From positions 27,292,070-27,356,069 of the forward strand of contig NC_092671.1 in the NCBI RefSeq assembly GCF_964355755.1: a stretch of 64,000 nucleotides of DNA, read 5' to 3'. Shown here in pieces: positions 26,986-40,700 of the stretch. The notes beneath the pieces were generated by a model, which made no database searches, was not told where the DNA came from, and saw nothing but the letters and a program-made list of their open reading frames with translations. Positions within the stretch are counted from its first letter, which is position 1, and each line of letters starts with the position of its first letter. The position numbers were made by a program, and so were the translations under genes. Source of the stretch: Antedon mediterranea (Eukaryota > Animalia > Echinodermata).

Positions 26986-28995
26986 GGTATCCCAATGAAA
27001 GCGCACAGAGGGGTATCACTTTTGAAATATTGACGAAATTCGAAAAAGTAGTATGACTTTGATGTTAAATAAATCGTATTCAATCTTAATTAATACTTAC
27101 AAAATTTATATTGTTTGAAAGTACTTGTTTTAATCTATGTATAAGTGTGTTTATAATTAAAATTAATAAATTAGTTGCCGAGAAAATGCGATTTTAAAAC
27201 GGTTCTAAAATCCCGTCGAGCCGATTTCCGCGCGTTGAAAACCTCATCGGAAAATCCCCATCAGTTTTCAAAACACGATCGCACGATTACCATTGAAGCT
27301 AGCGGATTAATTTTTGTTGTATGTTATCAGGCTTTAAATAAGCTTTAATTTGATACGAAAATCGACTTCTATAAATAGGTTTTTCGTAACGAAAAGTCAA
27401 TTTTGGTGACAAAAATCCAATTTTGATTCACCGTTTATGGAAAAATATTATGGATTTTGGTATTAAATTATAGCTAAATCTACATTGAAATCGATAAAAC
27501 ATAGTTTACAAACGTATTGTGCATGGTAATTGTGCGAACTACATTTTAAAATGGTGCATGAGGCGTAAATCCCGTTCAAAATTTTAAAGATCCAACCATT
27601 ATAATCCGGTGAATATTGTAGTGAGTAAAATATTGTACTCTAAAATACGCGCGTGTTTGTTGTGGCGTTTTCCGTTAAATACATTAATGCACCCTATCAG
27701 CGAATGGTACGTTCCATATTTTGAACACGTTGTTTAGTTTTCCTCGCTCGAGTTCGACCGGCTCGACGCGAGATGTGTGACAGCAGCGATGTCGGAGATT
27801 GACATGTCCTTTTCCGTCGTAGAATATCTGGTTTTACACATTAATTTAACAACTTAAAATTGATGTAATGTGCGGAAGATTTATTATGCAAGTATACAAT
27901 GCAAATGCGTTAGGTTAAAATGTACCGAAGACATTTATTAAGCTAATTTAGCAACGTTACATTTGACTCTGTATACGGCGGTCGAAAGTCATTAACTGCG
28001 ACCGAAATACTTTAACGGTCGCGACTATTGATCGCGAGTAAGCCGTGACTTGGCCTAAACTTTAGCTCCGTATTTCAATTTAATAACGTAATAATACGAA
28101 AAGAAAACAATTTTTATAATGTTATATATACTATTCAGGTAAACAATTAATTGTTTTAATTAACATTGATTATTTTAAATGAGTTTATTTTGACCCATAT
28201 TGTGCGTTTGCCTTAAAAGAGCATATCTTACTTAGCAGCCCGGCTTAGATTTGGTGTCATAATCATACGGGCCTAAAATCTTGTTATACGTATTCAAAAG
28301 TTATATATAATAGTATTTATGATTGAAATTATAAATATAAAGTATATTAAAATATTCTAATAATTATACTTACCGAAAATTAGTGTAAAAGAAAGGAAAC
28401 AGTACACACCGTTTTTAACATACTTTTTCATTTTTTTTTTTTATAATTTTAAATTTCACCATTAAAAATTTTTTTTTTTTCATATACACATCTAAAATAT
28501 ATTTATTAATGAAATATACACTACATTCTAACAAGTACAAAAAAAATTAAATGAATTAGTACAGTAGTTCAAAAGTTACAGATCATTGAAAAATTGCATT
28601 TTTTTCATTTTTTGGGAATTCCAGCAAAAATGGGTGCTAAATGCTTTCCTACCACTTTGCGGACCAATAATTTAAAAAATAGGTTTCGTTGAGGCTCCAA
28701 AAAAAATAGAGTTGTACAACTCTGTGATATCTATAGGTTTAACAAAATTCAAAACTTTTAACTAATTATTGTAAAAGTTATAACCTTTTAAAAATGCTTC
28801 CAATTTCAACTGCAAAAAACACCATTTTTAGGCAAAAAATCGTATATTTTTTTACCACTTTAAATAACCATAACTTTAGAACGGGTAATCGGATTTCAAT
28901 CATTTAAATTGCAAAATGCTAATTACATTAAGTTCTTTATGGTTAACTGAAAGAAAAAGTAAAAAAATTAATTTGAATTTTTTCATTGGGATACC
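26986..28995. mobile_element. 2-kb TIR element flanked by TA, with GG..CC termini (superfamily uncertain)
   Basis: TA|GGTATCCCAATGAAA ... TTTCATTGGGATACC|TA; a right-end copy lies at ~45536-45720 and a related end at ~136-146. Confidence 0.75.
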
Positions 28996-31194
28996 TAATT
29001 CTAGAATTAAAATCAACATGTTTTGGCCTATCAATAATAACAGACGTAGGCCTAGGCTACATTTAGTTTTTGTCACATGATGGGGATATTTTATAATAGC
29101 GATAAATGAAGCATAAAGAAAATGTTAAGCCGCCGGTTGATCACTGTTTTTATTTTGCGATATGAAAAAAAAATCCCAAGTCCTTATAATGCAATTTTAC
29201 CGTACCTTTAGCAAACGGAAGTTAGAATACGGTACCGTATCTTTAGCCACAACGTTTATTTTTAAACTGCAGAGAGTGGTTTTATAAAGAACCAGCTGTA
29301 CATATCAAAACGGCGACGATATGAGTCCGAACATAAAACATTTTATTTTTTTTTAAACAATTCAGTTTTAAAAATCATAAACCATATTTCAATTCCAATG
29401 TGTAAAACACTGTATGGATTAATCCATGATCATAGCAAAAATTGCTATCTCACTGTAAAAAGGTGTGTTTTTGTTTTAGTGAATGTATTGATTAGTGACC
29501 GAGACCGGCTACTCCGCCAAACTCGCGCATTTCAAAATAACATCGTAGGGTTGTCTACGAATGCGAGGTAACAAGGTGTGCAAAATTAATGAGTCAATTT
29601 TGACTTGACGGAGGACGAAGTTGTAAATTACTTGGAAGCATTATTAATAAATATTATTATTTAATCATATCGTTTTCTTCATGGTGTTTTTTATCGACTC
29701 GACGGCGAATATATTATAAATAAATAGAAATTTCCCCCAGTAGAGACATGATTGCACCACATGGTGAACCGCGATGAACTAGTTATAGGCTTTTCCAAAT
29801 TCTAAAAATAAAACGTCCAGAAACGATGCCGACAATAAAAGATCATTAATGATGTATTGTGTGTTTCTCAATTTTTTGATGTTTTTTTATACTATCTTTT
29901 TTAAACATTTTAAATATTTTAAGTACCTATTTATAATTAAAAAAATTGTCACAATTCAGTTTTTCTGTGAAGATGATTTTAATAAATATGCCATTATGAA
30001 TGAATGAAGGAATTCAAAGTCTGATATAATTAATCTTCATTTTTCATGTTTTTGGGAGACAATACATCTTTAACATGAATATATTGATTTTGCATATATT
30101 TTTTATGTTTACGTCGGCGTATTTATAATTTGCTAAGCCAAGGTAGGATTAAATAATTTAATAGCGTAAGCATAGGCTGGCGAATATAGACCCCATCCGA
30201 TGTCGATTCGGCCCACGATGTCATCTTGTCCGCCTAAATAAGATCAAAAGTCTTATGTCTTTATTATTATGTAACAAATGTGGTTTATGACATACGCAGA
30301 GGGATCTTTGATCAGGTGTTGATACCGGCTATTGTATTTTTTAAATATATCTTTTAAAAATCAATTAACTTTATTTAAATCAATGCATATAACCTATAAT
30401 TCGTCATAGTGACGAATTAAATCTAGTTATGTATTATTATTCTGAAAATAATTGAATTGTAAACATAATTCTTTTGAGTGTTTGTTTATTAAATATATCA
30501 TTACAGATACAGATCTTTTATTGTCATACAAACCAAAATAGTACAGTATGAGGGTATTGCTAAACTGCGCAAACCTCTTTCAAATGGCTTATTATTGGTT
30601 CTATCATGACTAGGACTATCATAGCAAGTAATTTATGAAAAAAAAATTATGAAATTGCTAAGAGTGAATAAGAAGCATAAAGAAAACTATTTATTCTTAA
30701 TTATCTTAAAAGCGTAATATTAACATCAAAATGAGTCATTGTGATATATTAATATTTTATTGACCAGTACTTGTTGGAGTTGTATTATTTTGTACAATGT
30801 AGGTATTAAATTGAAAACTTCTGTGACTTGTGAGTGATTGATGATAGGCCACTGACCTTGCCTTGCTGGGCCTTGACAGCTGACGGCTTTTGAACATATT
30901 TTTTCGGCCTGATTTTTTTCAAAAATCGCATGGTCAGAGTATAAGTCGACCCCCCGATTTTGCAATTAAAATTTTCCCACAAAGTCTCGACCTATACTCC
31001 GGAAAATACGGTATATGATTTTTTTTGCGACTAATTTTTGGTGAAAGCTAATAAACTATTATGATACTTCAAAATGACCCACTTTTTTTCAAAATCTTTT
31101 TTTTTAATTTTTTTTGGAATTAGTCAAAGGGACAATACATCTTTAATTAATTTAAAACGATAAGATAAGTAAATCTGTGAGAATGAGAAAAAGT

Positions 31195-31265
31195 CACCCA
31201 ATCAAGATTTGAACCCGGACCTCCTGCTTAATATGCAGATGTCCTAACCATTAAACCACTGGGGC
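31195..31265 (-). pseudogene. tRNA-derived SINE head or tRNA pseudogene
   Basis: Minus strand GCCCCAGTGGTTTAATGGTTAGGACATCTGCATATTAAGCAGGAGGTCCGGGTTCAAATCTTGATTGGGTG has an A box, a B box and an anticodon-like stem, but a non-canonical loop and poor acceptor and T stems. Confidence 0.6.
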
Positions 31266-31563
31266 TTTCATGGTATAATTCAAACCCGATTGGATAGCAC
31301 TCTCGGCGTGTATATATTTATGAATGTTTAAAATTAAAATTGCCAGTTTTTCAGAAAATAAGTTTGTTATTATTTTTTAACAAAGATACTGAGTTTATAA
31401 TGTGTTATTCATGAAAAGCTGTAAGGATAGACACTATGTAACAACAAATGACTGACATACAGTAGATTAGTAAGCCTAAGTATCTCTGGTAATTAGCAAC
31501 AATAACTTATGTTTTCTTTTTTAAAATTTTCAAGATTGAAATTCAGGGCTGTGTTTGACCAAC

Positions 31564-31737
31564 ATGAATTTTACTACTGGTCAAGTTCTTTATCATGTGT
31601 ATGGTCAAGTATGCTACAGAAGCATATCATACGGCCAGCAGCCGTGGAAAGATGGAGCGATTGAGATAACTGCTAATAGTGATGAAGTAATCAACTGCAT
31701 TGTCAAACCTAATTATGGCCACAAACAGAATTTTAAG
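31564..31737 (+). CDS. USP37: USP37 coding exon 1 (N-terminal PH-like domain)
   Basis: MNFTTGQVLYHVYGQVCYRSISYGQQPWKDGAIEI.. resembles human IHGPIRIRSMQTGITKWKEGSFEI; donor AAG|GTACAA, phase 0. Confidence 0.85.
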
Positions 31738-34700
31738 GTACAACGTATAATTGTTATTTTTTATTGGTTAACCATTTAACATTATTTTTTTTGTTTTCTT
31801 TAATTTTTGTGTCTCGCATATCTCTAAAACTTATAGACATAACATTTCGTAACTTTCTCAACATATCGTCATTCACGTGAAGTTGCGCAGCTAACATTTT
31901 CATGACGTTTACAATTGCGCAACGTGACTTCCGGGCGATTTTATGAATTTGACGTTTTTAACATAGGTCAAAAACAAAATAACATTTTCAATTGAAAGTT
32001 AGAAAAAGTGTAATTTATATCATGCGCTGTCTGTTAAAAAAAATGGCATGTTTCACAGAAAGTCGCGTGCGCAGGCGAGTTTAAAAATTAGAAATGCGAA
32101 TAATCAATTCTAATCAACTTTCTATGTGTTCTTTTGTCATTTTAAGTGTATAAAAATGTCTACGCGCACGCAAATTTAATATATAGCGTTAATAACATTT
32201 TTTTCGCATGGTTTATGTTTCTTCAGACTTTTCTAATAATTTTACCAACTTTTTAACAATTTCCACTTAAAAAAATGTTCAACAATTCGTCAAAATTATT
32301 CCTTTTTTAAACAGTCATAGTTTCTAAACTAAACGGTGACAGTTATTTTTATTACGTATTCTGAAAGTTGATGAGTTGTAGATATCGGATCATGCATCAA
32401 ATTTTATATATAATCATGCCTTTCTTGGTGCCGCTATTTACTGTATATTAACACGATGAAGGTATTTCAGTAACCGCGAACAAATATTTGTGTAATGAAA
32501 CCGGCCGTGGGGTTAATATCTTCACAAATGCCTAATTTCCAGTCGGAGGATGTGCGTGTGCGTTCAACGTTTCACGCTTCTTATTCATCTCTCTCTTTAC
32601 CGCAAACATTTGTTAATAAAAACTACATTCATAGAGTTAAATGTTTTGTTTGTTATTTATTATAAAATGAACTACGGATCAGGTGCCGTGTTTCTGCCAC
32701 CTCTGTTGGCGATCCAACTGTGTGGACATTCGGGTCCAACTATGTGGACATTATAAATAAAAGAAAGCCGATCGGTCTACGAAAATGAATTGTCCACCAT
32801 ACATAAATCAAATGTGTTCCACGAGTTTGTGATACAAATGTAAAAAACTATGTAAAAGAATAAAAATATTTTAATAGTTTTATCATCATTAAACTGATTA
32901 ATCCTTTTCTGTGCGTATATAAGCAGACCTGAAAAAAGATCATAAGAATAAATAAAAGCACATCAACCATGACTGTTGCATGCTACACAGGATGCACAGT
33001 CAGTGGGTCCCACGTACAATTAAGACGATTGGACCCATAAAGAAATGGTACTGTACTGTACATGATACATTTTTCTTCCTATTAAACACACGTACATTAT
33101 GCCTACTGTGTTTTAAAAGCATTTTATTTGATTCAAAATGCTTATGAAATTAATAGATAATTTTTTTTTCTTATCTTTCACAGTTGCAAAGATCTGCAAT
33201 GGGTTCTCTAACACTCAGTGGTCCAAATCTACTGATAGATTTAAAAGGATGTGGATTGATTAGAGTGAAAACTTGTGATGACGATAATCGGGCTAAACTT
33301 TCACAAATTAAAATGTTTCTTCAGAATTTTAATAACGGTAAATTTTATTATTGACAATATTTGTAAGCTTTTGATTTGAGAGATTATTCTATGTTTCAGC
33401 TTAATTTGAAAAATGAAGTGCAAGTAAATACTGTAACAAGATCGCATCAATCCATGGTGGGCACGACCTTTGTGTTACAATGCATGTACTCTGTACTAAT
33501 TAAAGTAACGCATTGTTGTTAGACCATGCCCCAGGCATCATGTGCTATACGTTAGTTACTTTATTCTCACTATAATACTAATAGCTATAAGAATACAAAA
33601 TCCTTTGTGTTTACCTACAGTACTGTACATGATAAAGCAGATAAAACGGCCATAGGTTATCAGTAGTAGGCTCGCGAAAGTGCTTGTATTACTGTATTTT
33701 GCATAATCAAACTGAAAATTATTTGCAGCATATGCCCGAAAGTTTCTGGTTTGCTTATCAGCAACAGTGTATTGTTCCACTAGTATGAGTAGCTTTAAAA
33801 TCAAACTGTAAATTACCAGATTGTCGCCTTGTTGCCTTCCTAAAGGGTTCCAACCTAGTACCAGAGTACCTTACAACCCTCTCAACTCCACCCCTTAAGC
33901 CTGAAATGAGACTGAGTTTATAAGCATGATAAATTATAAAATAGTTTTATCCATCCTGTAATTGGCGATTTGTTCTCTGTTGAATGTGTATGAATTAAAA
34001 AAAAAAATTATTCATTGTTATACAAATAGTGAATGATTGAGAATATTATTTTCATGAATTGAAAAATTATATATTTTATTTATTTTTTATTCAATGAAAC
34101 AGAGCTCCTTGTTTTATTTATAACAATGAACTACTATAGGTACATGGTCGACTCCCAATAAAAACTAATTGACATGCATTGTTGACTGTAACTTTATGTA
34201 ACAAAAAAAATGTGATGTGCCCATATATGGAGATTTTGATGTCATATCACTACCATATTTGGGCAAATAACACTTTTTGGACAGACCTTTATACACGTTT
34301 CTGCATTATTTCTTTAGGTAAATTAAAGACTCGTAAAAATCGGCCTGATGTTTCATTCCACCTTTCACCGACAGGTCACCTCATACAGGCTGATAATAAC
34401 TACAAGGTAATGTATTCTTTATTTTACAATTTGGTTTCTTTATTAAACATGATCTGCAAAAAAATTTTAAAAGTTGTGTTCGCTTTACGGGAGGTAACAA
34501 ATACGCTGATTTTTATAGGAAACAGGCATGGGTGTCAGTTATGGTAGGTGTCTGCTGGATAGAGGTAAATATTTTGAAATAGGGGGATTGTGGAGGGGTG
34601 CATACAACCTGTTGGAAACGCCTATTATACCCCTTTTACACTATCACCGTAACAGCGGTGTAACCCCGCGGTTGTTAGTACACCGGGCCGTTAAACGCCG

Positions 34701-37700
34701 GTGTTGTGGTTTTTATTGACGAAGCTGAATGTTTTCCGGTGTACCTGAAGTACACGAAGTGTAAACGGTTTTTGTGGTTCAACACCAAGCTGTTAAAGGT
34801 TGTCACAGTATATTACAATATATTATGCAAAAAAAATAGGTTTTTTGCTTAAAATACACCTTTTTTTGCTTACAATAATAATTGTACGATATATTGTCCT
34901 GTTCGTTATTTTTTTTTAAAGGCACAAACAAATTTGTGATTTTTCTTTTCTGCTGAAAATATTGAAATTGTTCGTGTGCATTCTACCTTACCAGAAAGCC
35001 TAAAATAATGTAATATTGGTGTAACTCTACCCTGACCGATTTTATGTTGGCCTAATTATTGAAAAAGGGAAAAATATATATAATACTGACGTCTCAATGG
35101 ATGAAAATGATAACTTTTTTAGGAACGGAAAAAGTACCATATAACAATTTTCCTTCATTGATACATTGTTATGCTAATTAAAAAATACATTTTTATTTTA
35201 AATACTTACCGTACCTACCCTATTTTTACGCCAACCTAACAATTTAAGGCCTATTTAATGTACGTACAGTCTACAAGGCGGAAATGCATTCATTTTAAAA
35301 AGAAAAATAATTGTTAGGCCCTAATTTTTAAAATAATAAATGATAATCTTAATAGCCACAAAGAAAATATTACACTGGACTGCATTCAAAATTAAATAAA
35401 TTGTGTGTAAATTCAGATTATTATGTTTTTATATGAGATTTGTCGATATGTTCAAGTGTTTAAAGGCCAGGTGCGGGCAAAAAAATTCTATTGATCATAC
35501 ATTCCAATAATCATCAATCTATAGTTTCCCCTATGTTTCATAATTTTGGGAATTTTATTTATGTTACACGAGGTTGTTGAAAATAAGCACTTTCTTATCA
35601 GTGGGAGGATAGTTCAAATTACACAGTAAAATCTCTATTCTTTTGTACACAAATTGTGTAAATAGAGAGGTATTTTAAAAAGCTATGAAAACTAAACGGT
35701 GTGGTAAAAAATGTTATCGGATGACTAAATATAGGTAATATAACTTGAATTTTACATTTTTGGTATTTTTATTCAACTTCAGATTTTTGTTTTCATGCTA
35801 TAGCAAAAATTATCCACCGTATATCCACCATCTTTTTTCACCTTCTAGGGAGTCACCAGACATGTTATTACATTAGGTTAACTACCTAACTACTGAAAAA
35901 AGGTCTTCCTGGTTTTTATGGCAGAATATTGTCAAATTTTGTATTTGACCATATTAAGGGAAATTCATGTTTTTTTCGTCTTGATTTCTGTTACAAATAT
36001 TTGATTTATGTACAATTAACCAGATATTATATTTAAAATTCATGCCTGTACCTGAGCTTTAAACGTTTAAACCATAGTCAGTTAAGTTCCATGTGTGCGC
36101 TTGCAATATAATAATTTGATTGACAGCACCGGGGTGATCGATGTAGTGTAAATGGACGCAACTCGAGTTTATCTCGCAGTTTTTTTGGCTAGTGTAAATG
36201 GAAATTGCCTCCGAGTTCAACTCGTGTTCCTCTCTCAGTCGATAGTGTAAAAAGGGTATTAGTAATCTGAATTTTTAATTACACTTCATTGATTAGTTAA
36301 AGATGTATTGTCCCCCTGAAAACTTTTTTTTTTAAATATTTTTGTTGAATAGGCCATTTTAATTGCAGATAAAAGTTATTCACTTTGACCTCAAATTGGA
36401 TCGGAAAAAAAAATTATTTACTCGAGAAAATCGTAATTTAAAGCAAAAATTAACCAACCGGAAGCTATTTGTCTGGAAGACAAACGTGTTCCGGTTTAAT
36501 TTAACCCTTGACCTGAGTTAGCTCATAAATATTCATATTGTATGGATACATTGTGTGGATGATGCTGCATGCTCTCAACAACTACGCGACGATAGCAATG
36601 CATAGAGAGAGAGTCGAGTAGTGACGCGAGACGAATCTTGAAGAAAACACGAAAACAATAGCTAGCAGAATACTACGTTAGAACTGCAGTTGGTAACTTT
36701 GATGTTGAATCTTATTCATTTAGGTGAGTTTTTGTTTCGCTAGCAGGAGAGGCCTATAGCTAGGCCTAGACTCGAATTTGCTGCTACTGTACTAGTCTAC
36801 TACTAATACTAGGCCTAGTACTAGCACAACCACATGGAAGGCAGTCTCGAGTAGCCTTACTGCTGCCTCCTGTTTCTAGAAGTAGAGTGTACTAGGCCTA
36901 GGCTAGGCAGTACACTGCTAGCTAGGGCTAGACCACCACCAGGAGGGATGTATTTTTGTTTTATAATTTGTTGTTTCCATCATGATGAATTGGTTTAATT
37001 TTTTAAGATTTCAACTATCTTTTCTTCAGAGAAAATTACTAAAATAAATCTAAATATTGTTTTGGATGTTTACTGTACAGTATTTTAAAAATATTTTCTG
37101 CATCAAATGTAATACATGAATGTTCAAATCAACATTCGCACAATATTTTTTTTTTTTTCAGGTATTAACATTGATTAAGAACAATAAGAGCAAGTGAAGA
37201 AGTAGTGAGAAACACAACATTTATCGTACAGTGGAAACATTCACAATTTATTGAAACATTTCTTACTATTAAAATGACACTTTGTAATGGATATGAGCAA
37301 TCTTAGAAGACTATCTGCCGTAATTACTGCCACAATCAACACATTGATATTATTAGACAAATTGACACAAAAAACAATACAGGAATTCAATAAGATATAC
37401 TTTATATATATTTTTTATTTTCTCCTTTTGTACTGTAATATTTACAGTAAAATTATGAAGTAAGAGTAAATTTGAAGAATTTATCCTATGTACTGTTGTA
37501 GTAGTATTTTTTATTTATTGAATGTTATGTTTACAAAATAATATACTGTACAAATATTAATGCTTTATAATAAAAAAAATGATAAAACAACATTTTACAA
37601 GCTGGATAGGAACATATTGGCCGAATGCAGCATCACAAATATTTGTCTTGCAATATCCAATCATATTCCAATACCGAGTCTATCATTAGTTGTCTTTTTG

Positions 37701-40700
37701 AAGTACGAATGTGACCTCTGTTCCAGTCTTCATCAGCTTAACATCTTTAAATAAATTTTTTGAAACAATGATGTATAAATAAGTTAAAAGTTTCACAAAA
37801 TCTAAAGTTTTCAATTTCGGCAAAGTACGAAAACCTGGAATTTGGTATTTAAAAATAGATCATGCACATTTAGTGCAAAATGTAGGCTAGTGAAATTGCT
37901 TGCTTTGACATAGTCAAATAAGTACACTAACTTTCTATGGTAATAAAACACATTACAACTTAATAAAGAGGAAACAAATATTTGACTTACTACAGTACAG
38001 AGTAACATAGTGAAGAACATTTGTTTGTGTTGTAAAATGGCTAAGCTGGCTTTTCCCATCTGTCTACTTGTACAATGCTGCTGGAAGGTTCTCAACTTCA
38101 AGCTTGTATTGTAACCATTTTCCCTGAAAAATGTTTGTTTTATTTTTATCATAAAAACTAGTTAAACAAGCTTCAACTGTAAATTATGTATATGGTACAG
38201 CAGGCTGGCTGTATTTTCGGATTGATGGCCTAGCCTAGGCCAGTCTATGAAGAGTACAATGTATAGGGCCTAGCTGGGCATCTTCTGTAGGGGGGTATTC
38301 CTGTAGGGAACCGATTGTCCCACCTGCCTGCGAAATTCCCTGCCTGCTCTACTACTACTAGCCTAGGCCTATGCATGTATTATTCTAGGCCTAGCCTAGC
38401 CCTGAAAAAATCCCAGGCTAAGTTAATTATTTAACCTTCCTGTTATTACAAACGTCTGTCTAGTTTGCGTTATATATACAGTATAATTATTATATTTAAA
38501 ATAACCGTCTAGGCCTACTTTACTTACCGACAAATTAACAGCTCAGCTTTACATACGATCAGGGGAAACCCCGAGTCGCGTCGATCTCTGGTATGTTTGT
38601 TAGATCAGATCTCAGCTGTGTCGATGCTCATTAACATATCATGCATATTTATGAGTTAGCTCTATCGGCCTAATTTTTGAGCTGACAAGTTGGGAAAATT
38701 GATTAACTTATTTTGCTTTTTTCTAAGCGAAATTAATAATTTTTTCTGATTTTTTTTCGCCGAAAGTGAACAACTTTATTATAACTACAAAATGGTCTAT
38801 TCAAAATTTGATTTTATTGATCTTCATTTTTCATATTTTGGGGGACAATACGTCTTTAATATGCATTTTTAGTGTTTTATTTTATAGTACAGTTGTGTTC
38901 TGCTTGCTCAATGATGGCCAGGTCTCCTGTAACACCTCACCAGCAGGCAATTTAATCGGGCCAGTAACAGGGGTCCCAAGTCTACCGCTACTCGCGGTAG
39001 TCTACCGCTTTTAGTACCCATCTACCACGCTACCGCTATCTCGACGTTTTCTACCGCATTTTGATTTTTTTACCACATTTTCAAATTTCCCCATAATTTT
39101 GGCCAAATTGATTTACGGTTACACCCAGGCTCAGCCCAGGTCAACAATAGTCAATAACCAGACAAAAGTTAGGCAGGATGTTGAAACAATGTCTATTCAT
39201 GCAGTCTCCGTGGTCTATTATTGTATTTTTATTTGTATGCACTGCCTTTATAAACCGTAACAATATAAACATGCACGGTATTACACGCCGGACGTAGAAA
39301 AAAAAGAAGCGTGCAACCAACCGTGAATCAATCACGTGGTAACCGGAATACGCGATTATCAATTTTGGGAGGATCCAAGTTTTAACTAAATAAACGCTTT
39401 GATTACACAGTGGTTGAGACACGTTTTTAATAGTTATTACATTTTTAAACACCCTCATAATTAAAAGGCATATGGATTCGCCAAGCAAGTAGGCCTACGT
39501 TTAATAAAAATTTACCTAAGATTGTCGTAAGCTCTTTTGTTCAAACTTGTTATTTATATAGCAATAATCCACCCGTTCCGGCATGCACGCTAGGCCTCTA
39601 TTCTAGCCTAGGCCTACTCCTCGATCGATCGATGTCGATGGTGGGGAATTTCCCAGCAATAAGAAATCGGCGAAATAGCTCATAAACGGCCTACATTTTA
39701 ATGTTATATCTTTAATGCCAGTGTAATTACGTATGGATAAAACAATATAAAACTCAATGTTTTTCATCTGAAATAATATGTAATGTAATGTAGTTATTTC
39801 GATTGTTTTGGGGTTTTAAATGGTAGCTAGCTAGGGCCTAGTAGAAGCCCTATGCTAGGCCTGTGCCTAAAAAAAATGAGTAAATTCTATTGGGCAATAC
39901 TATCATGTGTAAATATTGTACATTATGTAATTAAGTTAAATTATTTTATATACTGAATTTTAGTTAAAATACAGTATATATTTTTAAAATTCTTTGTACT
40001 GAGGATGTGTCCATAAAAAAAATAAGAAGGTAAAAATAATGATGGATAAACCTATGTAAAAATTAAACCAACTTATGTGTAAATATTGTATACTGTATAT
40101 GTAACATATTTAGTTAATTAAGAGACGTAAACGACACGCGTGTTGATTTTCGATTCCCCGCGCGTTGACTTTCGACGCCCCGAAGAATTGAATGTGGTTC
40201 ACGACAAAATCTCCTGCGAATGGACTTTTCCAAGTTGGGACCTCTGCAGTAATTACCATGAAACCATGATTATTAGAAAAAATGCTTGCTTGACTGCTAG
40301 CATTTTACATTTCTGATTGAAAGACAAGAACTATTCTACAGTACTATGTTACCATTTATTAATAATATTTTAGTAAACTGATGAATAAGTTTTCCCCACA
40401 TAATTTAATGTTGTCAATACTGCATTAATTAAAATAATTATACTTTGAAATCATTAGACACCAAATAAAGAGCTTAAGCTAAGTCCTGGCACACCCATCG
40501 GGAGACTGATGCATGATGGGACAGATGAGATGGATATCACCGACTTTGAAGATAATTGTGCTGAATCACTATTGTTCACTGATGTCACTGAAGAAAAAGA
40601 GCTAAATAAAGAAAATGTTCATCATAGTAGGTAAGCGTTAGATAGGTATTAATCAACAGGGGCTGATCCAGCAGTTACAAACACAAGGGAAGTGCTGCAT

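Noticed and set aside
31195-31265. Functional tRNA gene
   Set aside because: Mismatched acceptor and T stems and an atypical anticodon loop; treated as a SINE head or pseudogene.
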